From assembly GCA_043745805.1 (NCBI GenBank), contig JAYTSD010000037.1, positions 43,033 to 107,032 of the forward strand: a DNA stretch of 64,000 bases, written 5' to 3'. Shown here piece by piece: positions 36,434 through 46,463 of the stretch. The notes beneath the pieces are model-generated. The model was given only the letters and a program-made list of their open reading frames with translations. It was not told where the DNA came from and ran no database searches. The DNA is from Fibrobacteria bacterium (lineage in GTDB: Bacteria > Fibrobacterota > Fibrobacteria > UBA11236). A program made the translations under genes and the position numbers. Each line of letters starts with the position of its first letter. The stretch's first letter is position 1.

Positions 36434-37738
36434 TTAAATTTTAGGAATTCGTTCTAAAATTTTCTGCAATCTTAAAAACTCATTATCCCTTGGAAATATT
36501 TGTAATCCAAGGGACGAGCTACTCAAGGCTTCCGTAAATTTTCCGCTGTGCGCCAACAATAAAGTTTTTAAAAGCCACAGAGTTCGTTGAAAATCATTAT
36601 CGGTGGGAAAAATTTCTAAGTCTTGTAAATGCTTTAATCCATCTGCAAATCGATTCGCCGTCAAATCCAATTGCGCTAATGTGAGTAAGGCCCATGCTGA
36701 GGGTTTTCTACAGCTTTTTGCCAATCGAGTAGCCTTGGAGGCGAAAAAATCGCATAGTGTATATGGGAGCTCTAGCCGAGAATTATATTCGTGAACAAAA
36801 GCTAAATGCCCCCATTGTTCGTCATGATTAATATTTATACTACTTAAATTTTCTTTTACATCCCTATTTATAATTTCAAAAATTTTTTCAACTCGATATT
36901 TTGTTAAATGTTTGTTTTGTACTAATGCTTGTCCTGATCGAGCTATGGCCTCGGCTGCTTGTGGATGCACTTGCGCCCAATGAATTTTTTGGATTAGATC
37001 TTTGGCATTTCCTGCTTCATAAACCAAATAGTCGCGGCCTATTTCTCCAATTTCATTATGCGAATGCGAAAGACTATCCGTAATTAATAAAGCGCCACAA
37101 CCCATGGCTTCAAAAAACCGAAAATTTAAATCATCGGCAACCGATTGATTAAATACTATACGTGATTGCTGATAAGTTTGCGGAGCATTGCCTTCAAAGC
37201 CATGAATAACTAGGCCATGATCTTGTATCTGATTTATAAGTGATGCGCGTTGTGGATTTAAATCTGCATTTATGAATCCGATGAATGACAGTTCAAATTT
37301 TCTTTCGACCCAAGGAATAAATTCCAGAGAGAGGGAAAAACATAAAGGCAGCCAAAACACATTGGGCTGAAAGCTTTGTAAACCGGAAACTTGATTGCTT
37401 TGCGCGCAAAACACCCAATCAAAAATAGGCGCATAATGCTTATGCCAATGACTATGTAAATGGGAATCTATGGCAAACCATATTTTGGGGATTGAAAACT
37501 CTTCTAATCCAAGATGAATCAATGGTGTTGAATTATCGACGAGAAAAATGAGATCCGGATTAAATTTTTCAACCCAACTGGAAATTATTTCGCGTGCTAA
37601 TTCTGGGTTTTGAAAAAAATCAATATTGAAATCAAGCGGCGTATCCCCTGTTCTTCCAGGACAAAGTGCAATAACTTCATGTTTTAAGGTTCTTAATTCT
37701 TGTACAAATAGGCCCAATCCAATATTAAGAATGCGCAT
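36434..37738 (-). CDS. CgeB-like glycosyltransferase with C-terminal TPR-like region
   Basis: 'DLNFRFFEAMGCGALLITD', 'AIARSGQ..V...H...RV'. Confidence 0.8.
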   Translation of the reverse strand: MRILNIGLGLFVQELRTLKHEVIALCPGRTGDTPLDFNIDFFQNPELAREIISSWVEKFNPDLIFLVDNSTPLIHLGLEEFSIPKIWFAIDSHLHSHWHKHYAPIFDWVFCAQSNQVSGLQSFQPNVFWLPLCFSLSLEFIPWVERKFELSFIGFINADLNPQRASLINQIQDHGLVIHGFEGNAPQTYQQSRIVFNQSVADDLNFRFFEAMGCGALLITDSLSHSHNEIGEIGRDYLVYEAGNAKDLIQKIHWAQVHPQAAEAIARSGQALVQNKHLTKYRVEKIFEIINRDVKENLSSININHDEQWGHLAFVHEYNSRLELPYTLCDFFASKATRLAKSCRKPSAWALLTLAQLDLTANRFADGLKHLQDLEIFPTDNDFQRTLWLLKTLLLAHSGKFTEALSSSSLGLQIFPRDNEFLRLQKILERIPKI

Positions 37739-37745
37739 GGGTACA

Positions 37746-38678
37746 CTAGTTAGGCGCGTGTGGAATACGATGCAGTTTTTCTAGTAAATATTTATGCACG
37801 GTTTCATTTGTAGCAATGATGCCTTTTAAATGCGTAGGATCTTCGGTGCGGAATTGCAACGGATGTCCATGATAATCGGTAATTCGTCCGCCGGCTTCTT
37901 GCAAAATAATTTGCGGGGCGCATAAATCCCAAAGACTCATAGAATGGCTTAAGGGAGAAATAAAAGCTGTGAAGTTTCCGCATGCCACTTCATTTATTTT
38001 TAGCGATCCATTTTGATGGGTAACCTGTGGATGCTCTAAAGTTTTAATTAAAAGCATTAACTCTTCGCTTTGTCGACCTTTAGAAAGTACCAGTTGGACA
38101 GTATGAATATTTGTTACGGAAATTTTTTGTGCGTACTGGGTAGCTTCCGATGCTTGATAAGTGGCTAATTCGCTGATTAAGGAAATGCGGAAGCAACCTT
38201 CGTCTTGGGCAGCAAAAAAAATTTCTTGCTTTTCGGGTTTATAGGTGATTCCCAAAACGGGCTTACCTTTAAGGGTTAATCCGATGATAACTCCATAATC
38301 TTCACCACCGCTCACATAGCTCGATGTGGAATCAAGCGGATCGATAATCCAACAACGGTCCATAGCAAACCACGGATTTTCAACGGACAAATGCTGATAG
38401 GTTTCCTCATTTAAAATGCCGTCCTGGGGAAAAGCTTTCTCAATTGCTCTATCCAAAAAAGCGGCGCAGGCGTGATCCACCTCGGTTACTATGGAATTAT
38501 CCGGTTTTCGTCCCACGGTAAATTGGGTTTTCCTTTGTTCCAACAAAAAAGTTCCGGCTTCTTGAATCAGGGGATAGAGTACTTTCCATTCCGCATGAAA
38601 CTTTGACTCCGCAAATAAAGGTGGTAAGGGAATTAGCTTTGGCTCAGGATGCGCTTGCGCTTTAGGGGTTTGGGACAT
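37746..38678 (-). CDS. Inositol monophosphatase / CysQ family phosphatase
   Basis: 'SIVTEVD', 'NEE', 'WIIDPLDST', 'WDLCAP.IIL.EAGG.ITD'. Confidence 0.88.
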   Translation of the reverse strand: MSQTPKAQAHPEPKLIPLPPLFAESKFHAEWKVLYPLIQEAGTFLLEQRKTQFTVGRKPDNSIVTEVDHACAAFLDRAIEKAFPQDGILNEETYQHLSVENPWFAMDRCWIIDPLDSTSSYVSGGEDYGVIIGLTLKGKPVLGITYKPEKQEIFFAAQDEGCFRISLISELATYQASEATQYAQKISVTNIHTVQLVLSKGRQSEELMLLIKTLEHPQVTHQNGSLKINEVACGNFTAFISPLSHSMSLWDLCAPQIILQEAGGRITDYHGHPLQFRTEDPTHLKGIIATNETVHKYLLEKLHRIPHAPN

Positions 38679-39017
38679 GGAGGAACTATACACTTTTTTA
38701 TTACCAATGTCTCGTACGGAAAAGAAGTTAAAATAATTTGAGAAATAGCGAACATTTTGCCATGCTGATGCGTCCAAGTATACAACAATATAGAACATAC
38801 CTAGGTTTGTGTGTTCGGTAAAAAAGAGCGGTTATTGGCGCCGCCGAGGTTGCGATGGGCAACAGAAAAAATGATTTTTAATCACATTAAGTTTTACGGG
38901 AATATTAAAAAATACGTACCCGCGTAACGCCCCTCCACACCTTCGTTTCCCATGGACGCGAAGGTGTGGATACGGGGAATGGGTTACAGCACCCCTTTCA
39001 ATTGTTAAATTTTGCCC

Positions 39018-39575
39018 ATGCTCAAAATGAATGCTGAAGATCTATGGAATCTTCTAAAAACTGAATCCTTGCCTTTATTAGGTCCGCAAAAACGAAGCGA
39101 AGCTTTAGCGCATGAGGTTTTATCAGAAAAGATTGCTCCAGAACATTTACCTGTGTTTGCAACAGAAGAGCAAAGAGATATTTTGCGAGGAGTTATTTTG
39201 CTTTGGCATGATGATTTAGAAAGCGCTCATGCGGTGGCTCAAGCCTTAGAGGGTGATCAGGATGCCGACTTGCTGCATGCCATTTTGCATCGGCGTGAAT
39301 CCGACTATTTCAATGCCAAATATTGGTCTCGTCAAGTAGGGAAACATGCCTGTTACATCAATTTAGCGCAGGAAACGGCGATTCGTTTGCGCGATTATCC
39401 AGTATGGAGAAATCAGTTATTGCCCAAAGGAGAATGGGATGGAAGTGTTTTTGTGGATTTATGTGCAGAAGTGGCTAAGCGCAATCCACAAGAACCTGAT
39501 TATCGTGTACTGCAAGAGTTGCAAGGCATAGAGATACAAGAGTTTCTTAAATATTTAATGACGGGGCTGAAATGA
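39018..39575 (+). CDS. Conserved hypothetical helical protein
   Basis: 'LLWHDDLESAH..AQ', 'HAILHRRESDYFNAKYW'; stop overlaps next start (ATGA). Confidence 0.7.
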   Translation: MLKMNAEDLWNLLKTESLPLLGPQKRSEALAHEVLSEKIAPEHLPVFATEEQRDILRGVILLWHDDLESAHAVAQALEGDQDADLLHAILHRRESDYFNAKYWSRQVGKHACYINLAQETAIRLRDYPVWRNQLLPKGEWDGSVFVDLCAEVAKRNPQEPDYRVLQELQGIEIQEFLKYLMTGLK

Positions 39576-40669
39576 CTTGGCAAACAAAAATCGTACCGGG
39601 ATTTGGTTCGGAAAATGAACCGATACTTTCTGTACTCTGTAAAAGAACTTATGTATTTGCCAATGGTAAAATGGCTTTGGTGGATGCGAATGAACAAATT
39701 CCGTTTCATGAACAAGACAGTTTTTATGATGATAATGATCCGAAAAAAGATGCTCCCAAACATGAAACCGATTTAATCGCCTATAAGCCATTAACCGATG
39801 TGATACTGCATGCCTCAGCAAAAGCTCCGCAAGGCAAAACGGCCTATTATTTGGATGTGGGTATTATGGTGGGTCAGTCGCAAAAGTTAGCACGAGTATT
39901 TGGGGAGCGGCATGCAATTATTACCGCTTCGGGATTAGCATTTTCTCAGCCCGAACCTTTTGATACGATGCGTTTAGATTATTCCCGTGCTTATGGGGGC
40001 AGTGATTTGAAGTCTGCGCCAGGGACAGTTTTCACTTATGCGAAAAATCCTATTGGACAAGGATTTGTGATTAAAAATGATCCCGCTAGTTTACAAGGAT
40101 TGCGATTACCCAATTTGGAGGATCCCTTTAAGTTGTTAACTCCTGCCAATTTGGTTTTAGGGAAATATGAAAATTGGATGCAATTTCCCGATCCCGTTGC
40201 CTTTGGATTTTTACCCCGGAATGCGCACCCACGGTTTTTATTTGCGGGAATGTTACCGAAAGAAAAATCCGATGCTGAAAATCATAGCAAGGTACATACC
40301 GAGGCTAAAGAGGATGTTGGGGATTCGGCAAGAGCTGATAGCGCTCCGCAGCCTATGATGAATTCTGAATATTATAATGGTGCCTCCGCAGGTTTAAGGT
40401 TACCGTACCTTGAAGGTGACGAAACTATAAAGTTACGTTTTATGGATGCTCTTTTTCCGGCTTTTGAATTTCAAATGAATTCCGAAAAGCCAACGCTTTG
40501 GCTCAATGTGGGCAAAGGGCAACAGTTACTAAAGCCAATTTTGCAAACCGTGGAAATTTTTAAAGAAACCAATCAATATACAGTGATATGGTCTGGTTCC
40601 TTGCGGTATGGGGGAATTGAAACTTTGAAGGATTTACCACAACTAGATTTTGGGGTTACTTCTCAATAA
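39572..40669 (+). CDS. DUF2169 family protein (T6SS accessory/effector adaptor)
   Basis: 'ETDL..YKP.TDVIL', 'VFGER', 'Y.RAYGG', 'NPIGQG', 'LPNLED', 'P.AFG', 'YYNGA', 'L.GDE'. Confidence 0.85.
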   Translation: MTWQTKIVPGFGSENEPILSVLCKRTYVFANGKMALVDANEQIPFHEQDSFYDDNDPKKDAPKHETDLIAYKPLTDVILHASAKAPQGKTAYYLDVGIMVGQSQKLARVFGERHAIITASGLAFSQPEPFDTMRLDYSRAYGGSDLKSAPGTVFTYAKNPIGQGFVIKNDPASLQGLRLPNLEDPFKLLTPANLVLGKYENWMQFPDPVAFGFLPRNAHPRFLFAGMLPKEKSDAENHSKVHTEAKEDVGDSARADSAPQPMMNSEYYNGASAGLRLPYLEGDETIKLRFMDALFPAFEFQMNSEKPTLWLNVGKGQQLLKPILQTVEIFKETNQYTVIWSGSLRYGGIETLKDLPQLDFGVTSQ

Positions 40670-40671
40670 AA

Positions 40672-41229
40672 TCAAAGGTTAGGGAAAAAACGATGTTGCA
40701 AGGCTATCGGTAATGCCAAACCTGCCGCTAATTTAATTCCACCCGCTATTCTCTCGAAAGCAGGAATATCACTACCTGTTACCAATATTTTTTTAGAATC
40801 AGCTCCAATTTTTGCTTCGATAATAACGGTCGAAGCATGTTCATCGCCCGTATACATATCTTCCAGTGCATAAAAATGCTCTTCTTCAAATAAATCGAGC
40901 AGCCGAATAAGTACTTCTACGGATATTTTTCCTTCGTGAATTTCCGGTTGCGCTTTGTAATTTTCCGCATAGGACAGCTTTACTTTCCCGTCTCCAGAGA
41001 TGGAAATTTCTTGCTTTCCCATGCCTGTTTTTGCGGAATGGAAGGAATAGGAAATGAGGATGCCTGGATAATCTTCTAATTTTAAACCAAATGGTAAATA
41101 CTGTATTTGCTTATCCATTTTATTTCCTTTTGTGTGATTATTGTTTGCCGCTGCGGGAATCGAAATAAAAAAAATAAGTAATAAAAAAGTTCCCAGAATT
41201 TTTTCTTTAGTTAATAACATCTTTTTCAT
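40672..41229 (-). CDS. Exported hypothetical protein (possible immunity protein)
   Basis: Signal peptide; start overlaps the stop of the upstream metalloprotease gene by 4 nt. Confidence 0.6.
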   Translation of the reverse strand: MKKMLLTKEKILGTFLLLIFFISIPAAANNNHTKGNKMDKQIQYLPFGLKLEDYPGILISYSFHSAKTGMGKQEISISGDGKVKLSYAENYKAQPEIHEGKISVEVLIRLLDLFEEEHFYALEDMYTGDEHASTVIIEAKIGADSKKILVTGSDIPAFERIAGGIKLAAGLALPIALQHRFFPNL

Positions 41230-43397
41230 ATAGAGATTTTAAACCTTTTGGGAATAATATAACTGCTTCCAATGACGATTTTCGGATCAGTAATTGTCGA
41301 ACCTTTTCCTAAAGATCCTGAATTGAAATATTTATTTCGATTATAAAATTCTTCTTTGTATTTAATTAGTACGCCGGCATCGTTTTTACCGAATGCATCA
41401 AATAACTGATCAATTGTGAAAAATTGTTTTTTACTCACATCAATATTTTTTAAATCTTTTGTCGCAGTAAATTTTCGTGATCCATCGAGATATTCATAAC
41501 CACATTCTATGTTAAATTTTTTGAAGGTTTCGGCGATTTTACTCAGCCCATTTAATTTTAAGTCTTTCCAGTTATTATAAAAATCGAATATGGTATGTGG
41601 TTTTCTGAGATTATAGGTAAATGCTGGCCAAAATCCATCTTTTAACAAAAGGTTATTGATTTTTAGAATATGCCACAGGGCTTCTTGTATGCTTCCTTCG
41701 CAATGTGGTCCGGTAGTTGTATTATCGGTATCGAGATACATGTCTAAAAAAGCATCGTAACCGTCATGATAATGCGGATCATCAGATAAAGCGCAGGACA
41801 AAAAGGTTGCATGCCCTTCATCCCAAGCAGATTCATAATGTTCTTCAGTTGTTGGCCCATGTCCAGGTTCATCGTTGTATAGGTAACCGGCACTGCCTAA
41901 ACCTCCTAGAGCGTGAAAACCAATAAAATGACCGTACTCATGTAAGATAACATCACGATCTTTTAAATCGAGTTTTAGTAACTGCATTGTTTTGGAGGCG
42001 TTCGAAACGCTTTTTTCCGGTTCTGGATAATTTATTTTACATAGCGGCAAATCGTATTCCACCAGTTCTTTCATTCGTTTATGGCCGAACCAAACTGTTT
42101 TGTATGCGTCGCAAATATCAATAAAATGATCTTTTTTTATTTCGGTTTTTCCCAAATCCAGATTAGGATTTTCTTTACTCCATTTGGAAGTATCTAAATC
42201 AAATTCATACCAAACAACTTCATTTAATTGAATATGAAAATCCGAATCTTTGAGTGTATTTGACAACCCTTGGACAAGTACAACCGAATTATCCCGATAT
42301 TTTAAGTGGATTCTCAGGCGAGTTTTAGTAATCGCATTTATTTCCTTAAATTCGAATTCCCCATCATCCGACAAAAAAGTTGTAGAGTGTAAAATAAATT
42401 TTCCCGAGGGTTGATTCTCTAAATAAAGTTCACAATAGGCTCCGGGGAGTAATTCTTCTATTGCAGCAATAACTTCGGTTTTAGGTAATTTTGGCGCGGT
42501 ATTGTAATCCCATATCCGATTATAAAAAAGGCTGCCCGTTAGGGTAAACTTATTCGACTTCACCTCACCTTCACATCCACAGCCATGAGCAAGATTATCG
42601 AAGAAAAGACATTGAAAGCTATCCTGATGCCTTGGTGTTTTCGGTTCCATGAGTTTTTTACAAGGAGACATGTCGCCCAGCTTGCAAGGGATTTGTGGAA
42701 ATTTTTCAGGATGAAAGAGAAAAAAGGAAACGCGGCGATTAGGTTCAAATTTTTCTTCGGTATTGACGACAGGATTAAATTCACCGCAACCCATATATTT
42801 GGGTTCTAAAAATTGTTCGGCATCAATTTTAATATCATGCTTGCCACTCATATATTCACTAAATAGTAACTTGCGAGTTTCCTTATCCGCATGGCCACTT
42901 TCGCTTAAGCTCCAAGATTTTTGAAACTCCTTAACAGCGGCTTGGGTTTTAGGTCCATCTTCACCATCAGCCAGGCCGGGTTTGTATCCCAGATCAATAA
43001 GCATTTCTTGAATAGGCCTTAAGCCCCAATTTTCTTTATTATATAGGTCTTCCCAGACATCCGTATCATTTGTGATGAAGGCTAAGGCACTGTGGGCGCG
43101 GCGTTCGCTCAGTTCTTTATTATAACTGTCGCTGCCTACTTTGTCCGTATGGCCAAAAACAAAAACTCGCGCTAAGGGATGTTCTAAAAAAGCCGCTTCT
43201 AATTTTTTTATTTGGTCAACGACTTGTGGACGAATAAAGCTTTTATCAAAGGCGAAGGTAACTCCTGGTATACAAACGCAAGCAAGCACTTCCCAAGTTT
43301 TGGCCACAATTTGATATTTTCCAGCTGATAAAGCAATACCTTCATGCAGGCCATGAATATCGGAAATTATTTTAACGCTTGAGGTATCTTTTCCCAC
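41226..43397 (-). CDS. OmpA-like domain with inserted peptidoglycan-binding domain, Cys-rich linker and HExxH zinc metalloprotease
   Basis: 'FAFDKS', 'GHTDKVG...N..LSERRA', PG_binding_1 'LIDLGY.PG.ADG..GPKT..AV..FQ', 'GCGEFNP...NRRV'; 'HEYGH' plus 'WDEGHATF'; GTG start, no signal peptide. Confidence 0.8.
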   Translation of the reverse strand: MGKDTSSVKIISDIHGLHEGIALSAGKYQIVAKTWEVLACVCIPGVTFAFDKSFIRPQVVDQIKKLEAAFLEHPLARVFVFGHTDKVGSDSYNKELSERRAHSALAFITNDTDVWEDLYNKENWGLRPIQEMLIDLGYKPGLADGEDGPKTQAAVKEFQKSWSLSESGHADKETRKLLFSEYMSGKHDIKIDAEQFLEPKYMGCGEFNPVVNTEEKFEPNRRVSFFLFHPEKFPQIPCKLGDMSPCKKLMEPKTPRHQDSFQCLFFDNLAHGCGCEGEVKSNKFTLTGSLFYNRIWDYNTAPKLPKTEVIAAIEELLPGAYCELYLENQPSGKFILHSTTFLSDDGEFEFKEINAITKTRLRIHLKYRDNSVVLVQGLSNTLKDSDFHIQLNEVVWYEFDLDTSKWSKENPNLDLGKTEIKKDHFIDICDAYKTVWFGHKRMKELVEYDLPLCKINYPEPEKSVSNASKTMQLLKLDLKDRDVILHEYGHFIGFHALGGLGSAGYLYNDEPGHGPTTEEHYESAWDEGHATFLSCALSDDPHYHDGYDAFLDMYLDTDNTTTGPHCEGSIQEALWHILKINNLLLKDGFWPAFTYNLRKPHTIFDFYNNWKDLKLNGLSKIAETFKKFNIECGYEYLDGSRKFTATKDLKNIDVSKKQFFTIDQLFDAFGKNDAGVLIKYKEEFYNRNKYFNSGSLGKGSTITDPKIVIGSSYIIPKRFKISI

Positions 43398-43574
43398 CGT
43401 TTAAAAATAAATGAATTCTTTGATAAAAAGGTGAGGGTTGTCACAATCTAACCGGTTTTTTTTGGAGAAACAATTTATCTTCAACCCATTGGAAGTACAA
43501 AGCTTGATATGTTATTATTTACACAGGAGAGTTAAATTTATCTCTCCTCATCATTAATTATAAAAGGAGATCCT

Positions 43575-43676
43575 ATGGGCAAGGAAAAAAACACTCAAAA
43601 AGACGTCAAAAAACCAGCCGCGAAAACTCTTAAAGAAAAACGCGAAGAGAAAAAAGTTAAAAAAGCTGGCAAGTAA
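43575..43676 (+). CDS. Small Lys-rich protein (33 aa), absent from the ORF track
   Basis: AAAGGAGA RBS; MGKEKNTQKDVKKPAAKTLKEKREEKKVKKAGK*; terminator immediately downstream. Confidence 0.75.
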   Translation: MGKEKNTQKDVKKPAAKTLKEKREEKKVKKAGK

Positions 43677-43693
43677 ATAAATCTTTTAGATTT

Positions 43694-43724
43694 AAAAAAA
43701 GGGAAGGTTCGCCTTCCCTTTTTT
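43694..43724. terminator. Bidirectional rho-independent terminator
   Basis: AAAAAAA-GGGAAGG-TTCG-CCTTCCC-TTTTTT. Confidence 0.92.
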
Positions 43725-43736
43725 ATGTCGGTGAAC

Positions 43737-46337
43737 TTAATGTTCTTCGGCAATAGCTTGTTTGGGGCAAAGCCATTCTAAACAAAAAGGTAAAATGGTG
43801 AACATAATCACCAAACCCGATCCAATGCCTAAGGTGGCAAGCAACCCAATAGTTTGCATTCCTTTGTGGGAAACAAAGCATAAGCCTACAAAGCCAAAAG
43901 CATTATTGAGCGTTCCGGTAAGCACTGCCGAGCCTGTTGTGTGAATGAGTTCGGTGAGTTTGCCTGCACCTAATTCCATGCGTCGATGATAGAGATGGAT
44001 AACCGAATCCACCGATACCGATAAAATAGTGGGAACTACTACGAGATTATACATGCCTAATTTTAAACCCATTATACCCATGATTTTATAAGTCCAAAAT
44101 GCAGACAAGCTGATAAATCCCACCGTAATGGTTACGCCTCGCCAAGAACGCATGTCGAGCCAAGTAATAATAATGAGAAATAAAAGTGTTACTCCTCCTA
44201 AGTAATAACCATCTTTTTTAACCATGCTGACAACATCGGCATAAATGAATCCGCTCGATGCGACCATAACCGGTCCAGTAGACGAAGGCAAGCTTCCAAA
44301 GCGTGATTGAAACTTTGCACTTTCTACTGCATCACTTTCGCGGAGTGACCCATATAGATAACCTAAACGTCCATGCGTTCCATCCGCTTCAGATAAAAAA
44401 CGTTGTGACCAATCGGGTAATTGTGCAAAACCAAAACTATCGGGATGAGCGTATTTACGCAGTAAATCAATGCCTTTTTTGCTTGTGCTGTCCACATTGT
44501 CCAAGGCTCTTGCAGTTAATAATTCATTAATTTCTATGAGCACAGCTAAGCGTTTTTGTTGTTCCTGGGTGGAGGGGACAAAACTTTGAATGGTGGCGAA
44601 ACTTTCCATCATACTATCAGCAGGTTGACCAAATCGCTGTACCAGGGAATCATGTACCGAACGCATTTGGGCTTCATCTTTTCCCAGTATCACCGAAGGC
44701 GACGTGTTACGCCCCGCGCCTACAGCACGGCCATAACTAATTCCCGCACTAGTACTTTTCCCCCGCAAATTTTTGAAATCATTTTCGAAACCAACTTTGG
44801 GACCAAAAGCAATTATCAAGGTTACTAAAATACCTATTCCAAAAACCCATTTTCGGAAATTGCCATCGAAAGGAATGCGTGGTAATAATATTCCACCACC
44901 CACATTGGTGCCTTGCGGTAATAACCAATCCACTACTTTTTTCAGTCCCGGAATGGGTTTGGCTTTGATACCCAACCATTCGCCTATGCGAATGAATAGA
45001 AAAAACACTGGAGGAATAACTAACCACGTAGAGAGTAAGCACAGAACAATGCCAATGCTAACCACAATACCATATTCATTGAAGCCTTTGAAATGTCCAA
45101 ATTGCAAACTTAACATGGCAAAAATATTGGTAGCGGCACCCGAAATTAAAGCCCTTCCTGTGGCGGTAAGCGCCTCTACCATGGCTTCCAAGCCATTCTT
45201 ACCTTTGCGACTTTCTTCCGCCCAACGAGAATATAAATGCACCGTGTACTCAATACCTAAACCTAAAATAAGGGCCAGGATAAAAGCGGTGAGCATGGTG
45301 AGTCGATGATAAACTAAAAAGGTCATGCCAGATGCCCATGACATGGCCACAAAAAGTGGAAGAATGATCAACATTAAATTGAGGGGGCGACGTACAAAGA
45401 ACCATAGCAATGCTACCATGAGAAAGAAGGAAATGGAGCTGGCGACAACGATATCTCCTTGCACTTGATTGATCTCGCTGAAATTACGATACGCGCCAGC
45501 TACCTTAGCAACCATGCCTGCTTGGTAACTTGCAGGTTTCATGCTTGCTATGAGGTTTTCGCCTTTGTGATAAATACTCTGCGCATAAATGGCATCAGTA
45601 GAAGGCTTTTTTAATTGCGCCAAAACCACGCCTACCCAAACTTTTTTCTCTTCATGCCAACCCATAAGGCGGCCTTTTAAAGAGTCGGGTTTTGCAGGGC
45701 CTGGCGTTTCCGTTTTTGCTTGCATGCCTGAATCGGATGGATTTTTTTCTGCTTGAATTTTAGCGAGTAGGCCATCTACAATATCTTTTGGTAAACCCTG
45801 TCGACGTAAGGATTGGGCATTGGGCCAACCTTCGAGTGATGGCTTTTCGGCATCTTCTTCACCTAAGTCCATTAAAAGGGGGTTGGCTTTGGTGAATTTT
45901 CCACCAATCATGCCCGATAGTCTGCTTTTCAAATCTTCTAATTCTTCAACGGGCATATAGAGCAAAGCCTGCTTTTCAAAAAAGCTGCGATCTTGATCGT
46001 ATTGCGCCCAAACTACATCCGGCCATTTTTTCAATGAGTCTGCAAGATCTTTTTGAATTTTTCCTACGGCATCCGCAGAAGGTGCCTCGAAAGCAATGGT
46101 AAATAAATCGGTACTTCCCATGCGCTTCTCGGCTTGTTGCAAAGCCATTTTGGAGGCCGTTCCATCGGGTAACAATACGCGTAAATCGGTATCAATGCGA
46201 AGACCCGTGGCTAAGTGAGTAAAGAACCACGTTAAGCAAATCAAAAACAGAATGGGAATCCAAGGATAGCGAAAGCTAAAGCGGATATAGGCTTCTGCAA
46301 TAATATGCCAGAGTCCTTTTTTTGACGATGAAGCCAT
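43737..46337 (-). CDS. MMPL/RND family transporter
   Basis: Two TM clusters separated by large periplasmic loops; 'LGLGIEYTVHL' and 'SVSVDSVIHL' motifs. Confidence 0.88.
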   Translation of the reverse strand: MASSSKKGLWHIIAEAYIRFSFRYPWIPILFLICLTWFFTHLATGLRIDTDLRVLLPDGTASKMALQQAEKRMGSTDLFTIAFEAPSADAVGKIQKDLADSLKKWPDVVWAQYDQDRSFFEKQALLYMPVEELEDLKSRLSGMIGGKFTKANPLLMDLGEEDAEKPSLEGWPNAQSLRRQGLPKDIVDGLLAKIQAEKNPSDSGMQAKTETPGPAKPDSLKGRLMGWHEEKKVWVGVVLAQLKKPSTDAIYAQSIYHKGENLIASMKPASYQAGMVAKVAGAYRNFSEINQVQGDIVVASSISFFLMVALLWFFVRRPLNLMLIILPLFVAMSWASGMTFLVYHRLTMLTAFILALILGLGIEYTVHLYSRWAEESRKGKNGLEAMVEALTATGRALISGAATNIFAMLSLQFGHFKGFNEYGIVVSIGIVLCLLSTWLVIPPVFFLFIRIGEWLGIKAKPIPGLKKVVDWLLPQGTNVGGGILLPRIPFDGNFRKWVFGIGILVTLIIAFGPKVGFENDFKNLRGKSTSAGISYGRAVGAGRNTSPSVILGKDEAQMRSVHDSLVQRFGQPADSMMESFATIQSFVPSTQEQQKRLAVLIEINELLTARALDNVDSTSKKGIDLLRKYAHPDSFGFAQLPDWSQRFLSEADGTHGRLGYLYGSLRESDAVESAKFQSRFGSLPSSTGPVMVASSGFIYADVVSMVKKDGYYLGGVTLLFLIIITWLDMRSWRGVTITVGFISLSAFWTYKIMGIMGLKLGMYNLVVVPTILSVSVDSVIHLYHRRMELGAGKLTELIHTTGSAVLTGTLNNAFGFVGLCFVSHKGMQTIGLLATLGIGSGLVIMFTILPFCLEWLCPKQAIAEEH

Positions 46338-46463
46338 TTGAATTTAGTCCTTAGCTACGTGTGGAAGTATGATGTTACGATGATTAAATCACAAGCTCAA
46401 GAATATAACAAATGGAAGACTAAAACTTCCCTTGCAAGGCGACGGAAGAACTATTTTATAAGC

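Noticed and set aside
38924-38987. Hairpin as SRP RNA, TPP riboswitch or group II intron domain V
   Set aside because: Lacks the SRP CAGG...GGAA...AGCAG motif, the TPP CTGAGA motif and the domain V consensus
43575-43676. Lys/Glu-rich microprotein as a graspetide precursor for the ATP-grasp at 48836
   Set aside because: About 5 kb away on the opposite strand, no leader/core pattern, and the ligase is RimK/RLAN-type rather than a graspetide synthetase
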